Below, piece after piece: positions 1-7,477 of a stretch of DNA of 64,000 nucleotides. This stretch comes from Acidimicrobiia bacterium (lineage in GTDB: Bacteria; Actinomycetota; Acidimicrobiia; Acidimicrobiales; SKKL01), in the NCBI GenBank assembly GCA_016649895.1, contig JAENWR010000005.1, positions 1 to 64,000 on the forward strand. The letters are read 5' to 3'. A program made the translations under genes and the position numbers. The notes beneath the pieces were generated by a model. That model was not told the origin of the DNA. It was given only the letters and a program-made list of their open reading frames with translations, and searched no databases. Position 1 is the first letter of the stretch. Each line of letters opens with the position of its first letter.

Positions 1-326
1 CATATCTAGGTACTACCACCCCAGCCGACAGATCGCGAGCTTCTGACCAGGACAAACGCGCTGGTCACAGGGCTATTTGGAAGAAATTCCCAAGCGGGTC
101 CAAGATCACCTCAACGGAATAGCCCGGAAACTCCCGCTAGGCCCGTGAAGAGGCCAGATCTTCGGACGAATCGCGAGATTTCGGACGGCTTGCCTTGAGA
201 AGGGACTGTTGGGGCCAGCTCGGGCTTGGGCGTCTCGTCCCGCGCCGGCAGGACGGGGAGTCTCATGCAAGTCCAGTCGAGCCGAAGAGAATCTACGTAT
301 GACCAAGAAATCGGTACGCTTGCGGG

Positions 327-554
327 GTGGAGCGCATCACCGTGTCGTTGGATGCCGAACAAGCGGCGACCCTGCGCGCCTTGGCGGCTGCTCATGACAC
401 CACCGTGAGCGCCGTCGTGAGAGCCGCCGCCGACGCCCTCGCCGCCGAGCACACCGCCGCAGGCTCGATCCGGCGTCGAATCCGACCCGACGCTCGAGGC
501 GGTGCGCGCCCCGGGGCCGGTCGGCCTCGAAGTGACGCCGGCAGGGCGGCCTGA
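327..554 (+). CDS. Ribbon-helix-helix (CopG/Arc-like) DNA-binding protein, putative antitoxin
   Basis: N-terminus MERITVSLDAEQAATLRALAAAHDTTVSAVVRAA is a beta-strand/helix-helix pattern typical of RHH antitoxins. Its stop overlaps the next start (ATGA at 552-556). Confidence 0.5.
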   Translation: MERITVSLDAEQAATLRALAAAHDTTVSAVVRAAADALAAEHTAAGSIRRRIRPDARGGARPGAGRPRSDAGRAA

Positions 555-1318
555 TGAGCGGCTTCGTCACACTCCGGCTCGACGGGTCGGTCACTGTCGC
601 CAACTTCGCCAAGGCCACCTCGAACTTCGCCAAGGTGCTCACCGAGCTGTCGAAAGAACGGGACGCCAGCTCCAAGATCGAATGGGTCATCAGCGGCTTG
701 GAGTACGGCAGCGCCATCCTCACGGCCGCGCCGCAACCGTTCTCCGACGACGACGCCGAGCTGGTCCCGACCCTCGTTTCGGACTTCATCACCGTCGCTC
801 GTCAGGTGAGCGAACACCCAGCGCACCTCGACCGGCCGGTGCTACGCCTCGTGCGCAGTATCAGTGAGGTCGCCGTCGACCAGGACCACGAGGTGGTTTT
901 CGAGACGGCCGACGAGGAGGTGGCGTTCGTTCACCGCAACCAGGGAGGCCCCACCCCGGTTCGGCCGAAGCCGGTTCTCGGGACGATTCGAGGGCGCGTT
1001 CAGACACTGCAACAGCGCAAGGGGCTTCGATTCGTTCTCTACGACCTGGTCCACGACAAGGCCGTCACCTGCTACCTCACGGAGGACCAGGAAGGCTTGA
1101 TGCGCGACGCGTGGGGCCGGATGGTCGAAGTCACCGGCATGATCACGCGCGACGAGATCACCGATCGCCCGAGGGCGATCCGTCGCGTCGCCGACGTCCA
1201 GGTGCTCGAGGACGGCGCCGATGCCTTCGCCTTCCGACGTGCTCGCGGCGCGGTCACCCCCGCCCCGGGGTCGCCGGCCTCCGAGGTGTTGATCCGCCGA
1301 GTTCGCGATGCCGTCTGA
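554..1318 (+). CDS. Hypothetical 254-aa protein, middle gene of RHH-X-PIN operon
   Basis: Long ORF with non-repetitive composition and no recognised motif. It is translationally coupled on both sides: ATGA overlap with the upstream RHH gene and an 11-nt overlap with the downstream PIN gene. Confidence 0.45.
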   Translation: MSGFVTLRLDGSVTVANFAKATSNFAKVLTELSKERDASSKIEWVISGLEYGSAILTAAPQPFSDDDAELVPTLVSDFITVARQVSEHPAHLDRPVLRLVRSISEVAVDQDHEVVFETADEEVAFVHRNQGGPTPVRPKPVLGTIRGRVQTLQQRKGLRFVLYDLVHDKAVTCYLTEDQEGLMRDAWGRMVEVTGMITRDEITDRPRAIRRVADVQVLEDGADAFAFRRARGAVTPAPGSPASEVLIRRVRDAV

Positions 1319-1796
1319 CCAACCGATGGAGTACCTCGACGCGAACGTGCTCCTCGCCTACATCAGCGGTGAGGCCGACCGAGTCGACATCGTCGAGCAA
1401 CTGCTCAGCGAGGCGGCTGAGGGGAAGCGGACCCTGGTGACGTCGACGCTGTCGATCGTCGAGGTGGCCTACGCAGTCAGCGACCTCGGGATCGATCTGA
1501 GCGAGGAGAGCGAGCAGGCGATCGATGAGCTGTGGGCGCCACCCTCTCCCATCCTCCTCATCGAGCCTTCCGTAGCGGTGATGCGTCGCGCTCGCGGGTT
1601 CCTGCGGCAGGCGAAGAGCGCTGGGCGGAAGCTGAAGCCCGCCGACTCGATCCACCTTGCATCGGCAGCGATGACCGCAGCCGTCGGCACGCTGCTCACC
1701 TACGAGACGGAGAACACCAGGACCTACTGGGCCGAGGTCACGGCGCTCGTCGTCGCCGAGCCCGACATCGACCAGCGACGCTTGCCCTGGGCATAG
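1308..1796 (+). CDS. PIN-domain ribonuclease (VapC-like toxin)
   Basis: N-terminal YLDANVLLAYI, acidic residues spaced as in the PIN fold (D..E..D), ~160 aa. Confidence 0.7.
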   Translation: MPSDQPMEYLDANVLLAYISGEADRVDIVEQLLSEAAEGKRTLVTSTLSIVEVAYAVSDLGIDLSEESEQAIDELWAPPSPILLIEPSVAVMRRARGFLRQAKSAGRKLKPADSIHLASAAMTAAVGTLLTYETENTRTYWAEVTALVVAEPDIDQRRLPWA

Positions 1797-1981
1797 AGCA
1801 ACCCCTCCGCGGCGCGAACTCTGCGCCAAGCTGAGAGCGTTTGACGGCTTCCGTCGTGCCACATTCGTGCCACAACGGGATCATTTTCGGTCGTACTGGA
1901 CGGACGGGCTGGTACAGGAAAACCGCCTCTGACCTGCTGGTTTATGCATTTGGCCAGGTCAGCAAATCGGGCCTGATCGAT

Positions 1982-2044
1982 TTCCCAAGCTGAGAATGCG
2001 GGTTCGATTCCCGTCATCCGCTCTCCACATCGGTCCAGGTCAGC
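1982..2044 (+). repeat. tRNA 3'-end-like direct repeat, copy 1 (att-like scar)
   Basis: TTCCCAAGCTGAGAATGCGGGTTCGATTCCCGTCATCCGCTC contains the T-arm GCGGG-TTCGATT-CCCGT and an acceptor 3' strand. The anticodon-loop-like TTCCCAA would give anticodon CCC. No complementary 5' acceptor strand is present upstream, so it is a fragment and not a gene. The flank TCCACATCGGTCCAGGTCAGC is shared with copy 3. Confidence 0.6.
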
Positions 2045-2259
2045 CCGAAACGTCCGCCGATCAAGCCGACAGCACCGGCCCATGCTCGCCACACGCATCC
2101 CTGTCGCCGAGCTGGTTCGGGCAGCGCCAGGCCTGGCCGTCGTACTCGTGAACCGGGCATTGCCCGGTCCCCGATGCGAGCCGCTCTCGGATGTCGTCGA
2201 TGGCGCGTTTCTTGCGCTTACTCGGGGCGCGGTCCGAGGCGAGCTGAGCGAAGGCGAGG

Positions 2260-3098
2260 TCAAGGTGCTGATCGCTCCAGCGGATCCATCGGGTGATGAG
2301 CGCCAGCGGGTCGCCCGCCGTGGCGGGGTTCGACGAGGTACGCAGCTACATCGACAACGAAGTCCGGATCGCCGAGGTGAGCAGCGAGGCGCGCTCGGAA
2401 CTCGCCGGGGTGAAGCTCGGCGTGGAACAGGTAGTGCGCTGCGGCCTGCCCCAAGAGTTCGTCATCGAGGGCGAGCTGGCGGTGCGCGACGTCGAGGTCG
2501 TTGAGGTCGCGTCCCTTGCTCCGTTGCGCGAGCGCTCGGAACTTCGTAGCGATGAGCTCGACCGGCTGGAAGGTGAGGAGGTCGGAGCCTCCGCTCCACC
2601 AGTCGCTGTGCGCTTCCAACCGTCGCCGATCGAGGGGTGGACGGCGGGGACCTCGTCAAGGTTGATCTCGATCTTGAGGCGCCGTTCCTGCCCGCGATGG
2701 TCGACGTATCCGAGGTGTTCGGTGAGCCGAGTTCGGGTTGTCTTCGCGTTCTTGGCGACGCTGAGCTCGACGGACTCGGCGACCTCGCGCAACCCGATGC
2801 GCAGCGTCCGCATGTCGTTGGCTTCGATCGAGAGGTCGTAGGCGACATAGTCGAGGTCTTCGCTGAAGCGGAGCGCCTTCGGAAGGAACAGCTTGTGGAG
2901 GCAGGTGCCACCTCGCCAGGCGAGTCGGTCGCGCAACGTCGGGTGCTCCGAGACCTCGATTGCGACCCTCGTCATGATGAGGTCCTGCTCGACCTGGTCG
3001 AAGTCCGCCCAGGGATGGTCGACCTGCCAGGCGCCAAGGGCATCGGCGGAGATCACAACTCGTCCGCCTCCACAGTCGCATTGACGATGACACCCCAA
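2260..3098 (-). pseudogene. AbiEii/AbiGii-family nucleotidyltransferase toxin (type IV TA), frameshifted
   Basis: The N-terminal ORF (3098 down to ~2600) has GGTCLHKLFLPKALRFSEDLDYV (NTase hG[GS]...D.D motif). The C-terminal ORF (2619 down to 2260, other frame) has ATKFRALAQRSKGRDLNDL (AbiEii C-terminal motif). A 1-nt frameshift separates the two halves. Confidence 0.65.
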
Positions 3099-3898
3099 CG
3101 CTCGTCGTGAGGCCCCAGACGGGCGCCCTCGGCGGCGAGCAACGAGGGTCGGCCCTGATCGGGCTGCGCAAGCTCCCGAAGCGCGGCGAGGTCGAGATCG
3201 TTGCGCACGAGCTCGAGGAGCCAGCCGAGACGCCGGGCATCGGGTCGTGATCGCCTCCCGGCAAGGTCGGCAAGCCGCTGGCCGTCGAGATCGGGGAGCT
3301 CGGCAAGGATCGTCGCTACGTTTGACAACCCGCTGCCGACTCTGGGCCGGCTGGCGAGGTCGACCGCGCAGAGGTCGGGGGTGGCGACCTTCATCATCGT
3401 TCGGGGTCCAGCGACTCGACGGACGGCATCAACGTCGATCTTGGCCGACGTGTGGAACCGCAGTCGCACACGTTCGATGTCGCGGTCCCGCACCCTCCGG
3501 TCGGTGACGACCTGGAACTCCTGGGGAGCCTGGTGAGCAGCGCCCCACCATTGCGCGGCCGATGCGAAGGCGATGTAGTAGTCGACGCCGAGCTGGCGCA
3601 TCATCGGGTCGATGAAGTGGGTGGCGGGGGTGACACCCCAGGATCGGTGCTCGGGGGGCACGACGACGTAGAGGCCTCGCACCGGGGAGAACAGCCTCTT
3701 GCGGTCGACTGCGTACTTCGCCGCGCCGTACACGGCGTTCGTCGTCGCGCCCGTCCGCTCCACGAGGTCAGCCACGGTGAACGAGCTCCTGCCCTCGGAC
3801 AGCAGCTCGTCCCACAGGGCGGTAAAATTCACCTGACTCACGAATCTTAGGATAAACCGGAGAAACAGCCTGAGTGCCGAAACTAGGGATTTCTCCAA
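3053..3898 (-). CDS. AbiEi-family antitoxin / transcriptional regulator (type IV TA)
   Basis: FTVADLVERTG...NAVYGAAKYAVDRKRLFSPVRGLYVVVP matches the AbiEi N-terminal wHTH pattern. Lies upstream of and overlapping the AbiEii gene. The true start is probably an internal GTG near 3835. Confidence 0.65.
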   Translation of the reverse strand: MEKSLVSALRLFLRFILRFVSQVNFTALWDELLSEGRSSFTVADLVERTGATTNAVYGAAKYAVDRKRLFSPVRGLYVVVPPEHRSWGVTPATHFIDPMMRQLGVDYYIAFASAAQWWGAAHQAPQEFQVVTDRRVRDRDIERVRLRFHTSAKIDVDAVRRVAGPRTMMKVATPDLCAVDLASRPRVGSGLSNVATILAELPDLDGQRLADLAGRRSRPDARRLGWLLELVRNDLDLAALRELAQPDQGRPSLLAAEGARLGPHDERWGVIVNATVEADEL

Positions 3899-4084
3899 GA
3901 TTCAGACATCGTACCTCCCGAGTTCAGGCCCCTCTTCAGGAAGCGCCTTGAGCGCGCTGTCGGCGTGGCACCAGCGCCTGCTCCACACCGAGCTGGTCCT
4001 CCCGCGATCGCGTGACGATCGGAACGCTGCACTTATTGCGTTTACTGGTAGGGTCAGCGTCTCGACGAGTATGGAGGTTCCGGC

Positions 4085-4519
4085 GTGAGCGACGTGCGAG
4101 AGGTTCGGCCCGGAGCGGTCGGCCCCGAGGAGCTCCAGGCGTTCGAGCGCGTGCTGGAAGGCATGTCGCCGATCGGCCAGACGCCCCGTCTCATCGGACC
4201 GGGGGGAGTGGAGATCGTGCTGCCGGAAGGGATCTACGCCCTGCTCGTCTCGATCGTCGACAACCTCAAGGCGGGCAACGGGGTCTCGGTCATCCCCATC
4301 CATGCCGAGCTCACCACCGTCGAGGCGGCTCAGCTGTTGAACGTGAGCCGTCCCTTCCTCATCAAACAGATCGAGGCGGGTGTGCTTGCCCATCACATGG
4401 TCGGGACGCATCGACGCTTGCGGCTGGCAGATGTGCTGGCCTATCGCGACCGGATCGACGCCGAGGCCGACGAGGCGCTCGATGCCATGGTGGCTGAGGC
4501 TGAGGACCTCGGTCTCTAG
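4085..4519 (+). CDS. Excisionase-family helix-turn-helix DNA-binding protein (putative antitoxin)
   Basis: LTTVEAAQLLNVSRPFLIKQIEAGVLAHHMVGTHRRLRLADVLAY resembles Xis/MerR-type HTH. Sits 20 nt upstream of the PIN fragment. Confidence 0.55.
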   Translation: MSDVREVRPGAVGPEELQAFERVLEGMSPIGQTPRLIGPGGVEIVLPEGIYALLVSIVDNLKAGNGVSVIPIHAELTTVEAAQLLNVSRPFLIKQIEAGVLAHHMVGTHRRLRLADVLAYRDRIDAEADEALDAMVAEAEDLGL

Positions 4520-4539
4520 GACAAGAGCTGCCCGGTCTC

Positions 4540-4770
4540 GTGGCGGGGTACGTCGTCGTCCTCGACGCGAACGTCCTGTACGGGATCGACGTCACCGACT
4601 TGATGGCCACGATGGCCAGGCAACGCTTGTTCCGCCCCCACTGGTCGCCAGAGATCCTCGACGAGGTGACCCGCAACCTCGGCCCGGCGGCCCGATCTCG
4701 AGCCCGCGGCCATCGGGCGTCGCATCGACCACCTGAACCGTGCGTTGCCCTTACGCGAGACCACGGTTGA
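4540..4770 (+). pseudogene. PIN-domain protein, N-terminal fragment (truncated/diverged C-terminus)
   Basis: N-terminus VVLDANVLYGIDVTDLMA is a PIN start. After ~45 aa the reading degenerates, and it ends ~50 bp before tRNA-like repeat copy 2. Confidence 0.4.
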
Positions 4771-4819
4771 CCTGGGGAAACACACGAACCCTCAGGTCAG
4801 GGAACTCCGTCCGCTGAGC

Positions 4820-4861
4820 TTCCCAAGCTGAGAATGCGGGTTCGATTCCCGTCATCCGCTC
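4820..4861 (+). repeat. tRNA 3'-end-like direct repeat, copy 2 (att-like scar)
   Basis: Identical 42-nt core TTCCCAAGCTGAGAATGCGGGTTCGATTCCCGTCATCCGCTC. Flanks differ from copies 1 and 3. Confidence 0.6.
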
Positions 4862-4966
4862 CCTGCCCTCGACGGGAAGTTGGTCGGCGCGCCGACAACG
4901 CGCACCGTGACCCAAAGGCGTCCAGGGCCCGTCGTATCGATATACCGGGCAGCCGTCCTCGCTTTT

Positions 4967-4998
4967 GTCCGGTGTCCGGTAGCTGCCGGACACCGGAC
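4967..4998. promoter_or_regulatory. Perfect 13-bp inverted repeat GTCCGGTGTCCGG-N6-CCGGACACCGGAC, candidate operator
   Basis: Perfect palindrome ending 17 nt upstream of the GTG start (5016) of the downstream HTH-like gene. Confidence 0.4.
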
Positions 4999-5015
4999 GA
5001 GGTACCCTGACTGGC

Positions 5016-6104
5016 GTGCCACGACTTCGCACTCCACCGGACCGGCAACACGAGGCCGCCATCGAGGAACTGGTCACCCTCGCGTCCAGCATGCGGGGTC
5101 TCCACATCGTGCGGTCCGCCGAGGACCACGTCAACGTCACCGTGGGGCAGCACAGCTGGCCGGCCAAAGTCATCGCCAGGGATGCCGTGTCACTACGTGA
5201 TGCCCAGCACCTCGTCGAGAACGAGGCCCGGGGTTCGAAGATCGTCGTGGCCAACCAGGTCTCCACGGAAGCGAAGGACTTCCTCGCCGAGCGGAACGAG
5301 GCGAACCGCACCTTCGGGTGGAGCTGGCTCGATCGGCGAGGCGAGCTGGTGCTCAACCATCCGAAGGCCTCGGGGGTGATCCAGTTCGATCTCGATGCGA
5401 TCGACCGCAACCCGGCCCGACCTGGTGGCTGGGGGCTCGCCTCTCCCCGATCCAGCGGCGCCATCCGAGGGCGCGCCGGCATGAGCTACGCCGCTGCGGT
5501 CCTCCTCGACCCGACCGAACGACCATCGATCCGCGCCGTCGCCGAACAGGCGGGGATGTCCCACGGTGCGATCGGCGAGGCCGCCAAACTCATGCGAGAC
5601 GCCGGGCTCATCCGCCGCAATGGCGAACCCGAGATCCCCGACCTCTTCGATGCGCTCGCCGATGCCTGGGGGCCGACGCTCATCGCACCAGTCGACACCG
5701 TGCCAACCCGCGAGGACGCCGACCGATTGCGTGCCAACGTCGACGACCTCAGCGACCTCGGGTGGGGGCTGGGCGGCGACGAGGCCGCACTGTCCTGGGG
5801 TGCGCCCATGTTCTTGAGCGGGTTCCGGCCCTGGATCTGGGTACCGACCGAGGCCGACGCCCGCCGGGCCACCCGCGCCCTCCAACCAGCGAAGTGGGAC
5901 GACAGCCGAGTGGTGTTCGCGGTCGCTCCCACCTTGCTCGTCTCCCGGACTCGTGTCCCGTCACCGGGGATCGCCGAACCCGCGTTCATCCCCACCGTCC
6001 ACCCGCTCTTCCTCGCGCTCGACCTCGCCCGCGACCCGGGGCGCGGCCGGGAGATCCTCGACGGATGGAACCCCAAGCAACCGGAGATCCACCGTGTTTG
6101 GTGA
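5016..6104 (+). CDS. Hypothetical protein with predicted HTH segment (putative regulator/antitoxin)
   Basis: 362-aa ORF. The segment SIRAVAEQAGMSHGAIGEAAKLMRDAGLIRRNG is HTH-like. Its stop overlaps the start of the downstream NTase gene. Confidence 0.45.
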   Translation: MPRLRTPPDRQHEAAIEELVTLASSMRGLHIVRSAEDHVNVTVGQHSWPAKVIARDAVSLRDAQHLVENEARGSKIVVANQVSTEAKDFLAERNEANRTFGWSWLDRRGELVLNHPKASGVIQFDLDAIDRNPARPGGWGLASPRSSGAIRGRAGMSYAAAVLLDPTERPSIRAVAEQAGMSHGAIGEAAKLMRDAGLIRRNGEPEIPDLFDALADAWGPTLIAPVDTVPTREDADRLRANVDDLSDLGWGLGGDEAALSWGAPMFLSGFRPWIWVPTEADARRATRALQPAKWDDSRVVFAVAPTLLVSRTRVPSPGIAEPAFIPTVHPLFLALDLARDPGRGREILDGWNPKQPEIHRVW

Positions 6105-6840
6105 CCCACCGCTCATCATGCTTCCCGATCACAGCCGGTCGCTGCTGGAGGCAACCCGGACGGTGCTCGCGACTGCCGACCTTCCACCTGTTGTGCTCAT
6201 CGGTGGCCTCGCGGTCACCATGCGAACCAGCGCGATGGGCGCCGCCCATCGCGCGACAGTCGACATCGACCTGGTGACCATCGACGCTGAGCCCGAGACC
6301 ATCGAGGTGCTCGCCGACGCGCACGGATCGAGCCGGCAACCCCTGATGATCGACGGCATCAAGGTCGACCTCATCCCGACCAGCCCGATCACCGACGACG
6401 ACCTCGACGGCCTGGATGACGGAGACCGGCTGTTCGTGGCCGGGCACCGCTGGGCCTTCGAGGGCGGCACACCCTCGCGCCTCGCCATCTCCGCAGCGGA
6501 ACCGCTCCACGCCACCGTCGCCACCACCCACGCCCTCGTCGCCACCAAGTGCCATGCCATCGGCTACCCCACCAGCCGGCGCCGAGCCACCAAACACGCC
6601 TCCGACCTGCTCGACCTCTTCCGCCTCGTCGAGCTCTACAACGTCAGAAGCGAGCTCAGTCGCGACCTCCGTGCAGGACCGCCCGGCCTCGCCCGAATCA
6701 TCGCCGACATCGTCCACTACGAGGTCATCGCCAAGATCGACACCGCGGCACGACAGATGTCGTCCATGGCTCCCGCTCCGATCACCGCCAACAGCGTGCT
6801 CGATGTCGTCGGCGACTTCGTCGACGAGCTCCGAGGCTGA
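6094..6840 (+). CDS. Nucleotidyltransferase-fold protein (AbiEii/MNT-like), putative toxin
   Basis: LIGGLAVTMRT...HRATVDIDLVT fits NTase hG[GS]x9-13Dh[DE]h. C-terminal ATKHASDLLDLFRL resembles the AbiEii-like K..D..DL motif. Alternative ATG start at 6118. Confidence 0.5.
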   Translation: MFGDPPLIMLPDHSRSLLEATRTVLATADLPPVVLIGGLAVTMRTSAMGAAHRATVDIDLVTIDAEPETIEVLADAHGSSRQPLMIDGIKVDLIPTSPITDDDLDGLDDGDRLFVAGHRWAFEGGTPSRLAISAAEPLHATVATTHALVATKCHAIGYPTSRRRATKHASDLLDLFRLVELYNVRSELSRDLRAGPPGLARIIADIVHYEVIAKIDTAARQMSSMAPAPITANSVLDVVGDFVDELRG

Positions 6841-6897
6841 TCGTCGAGAAGCTGAGTACCCGGCCACGAGGCGGCGTGACCCTAGCTGTACGACACC

Positions 6898-6961
6898 TTC
6901 CCAAGCTGAGAATGCGGGTTCGATTTCGTGTCACCCGCTCTCCGCATCGGCCCAGGTCAGC
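6898..6961 (+). repeat. tRNA 3'-end-like direct repeat, copy 3 (diverged)
   Basis: TTCCCAAGCTGAGAATGCGGGTTCGATT is identical, then diverged (TCGTGTCACCCGCTC). The flank TCCGCATCGGCCCAGGTCAGC resembles the copy-1 flank. Confidence 0.55.
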
Positions 6962-7452
6962 GGCGGTTTTCTGGCTTCCGCCACCTCGTCGCAGTCCTGG
7001 GGTCGAAGATACCCCGCCTCTGCGTCGATGTCCCACCGGTAGCACTCCGCCTCATAGACCCCACCGTCGCTGAGCGGATCCTGCGACTGGTCCGTTCTCA
7101 CCCGGATGACCTGCCCGTCAATCTCGTAGGTGTACTTCACCAGAGCGCCCTCGTCCGTCGGGGACGAGACCTCAAGCCGGGCGGACTCGCCAGCAGCGAA
7201 CGCTGCTGCTGCGCACGGCACGCTCCCATATCCGTGGACGAGCCACGCTCTCGTCCTGATCGAGGACGGCAAAGTTGCCCAGATCGGGAACCTCCACACC
7301 CCATGACAGTCCAGGTCCGCCTGCACGGTTGCTGCAATGGCCCTGGACACAGAGGGCCAGGTCGGGGATCTGCCAGGACAGCACGGACGCCCGGGCACCC
7401 AACCCCATCGCGACGCCTCCAGGGAACCTTCTCCGTTGCAGGCCCAGGTCAT
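6931..7452 (-). CDS. Hypothetical protein
   Basis: 173-aa ORF with no recognised motif. It overlaps repeat copy 3. Confidence 0.25.
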   Translation of the reverse strand: MTWACNGEGSLEASRWGWVPGRPCCPGRSPTWPSVSRAIAATVQADLDCHGVWRFPIWATLPSSIRTRAWLVHGYGSVPCAAAAFAAGESARLEVSSPTDEGALVKYTYEIDGQVIRVRTDQSQDPLSDGGVYEAECYRWDIDAEAGYLRPQDCDEVAEARKPPLTWADAESG

Positions 7453-7477
7453 GCCCGGTTTCCTGCGACCTGGGCCT

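Noticed and set aside
85-112. Possible fourth, highly degenerate copy of the repeat (aaattcccaagc…gggtccaagatc) at the window start
   Set aside because: Only ~15 of 28 positions match and a 7-nt gap is needed. This is too weak to call.
1982-2023. Calling the three T-arm-containing repeats intact tRNA genes
   Set aside because: No complementary 5' acceptor strand (GCGGATG-like), D-arm or proper anticodon stem precedes any copy, and the copy-2 anticodon stem would have a G-G mismatch. They are 3' fragments.
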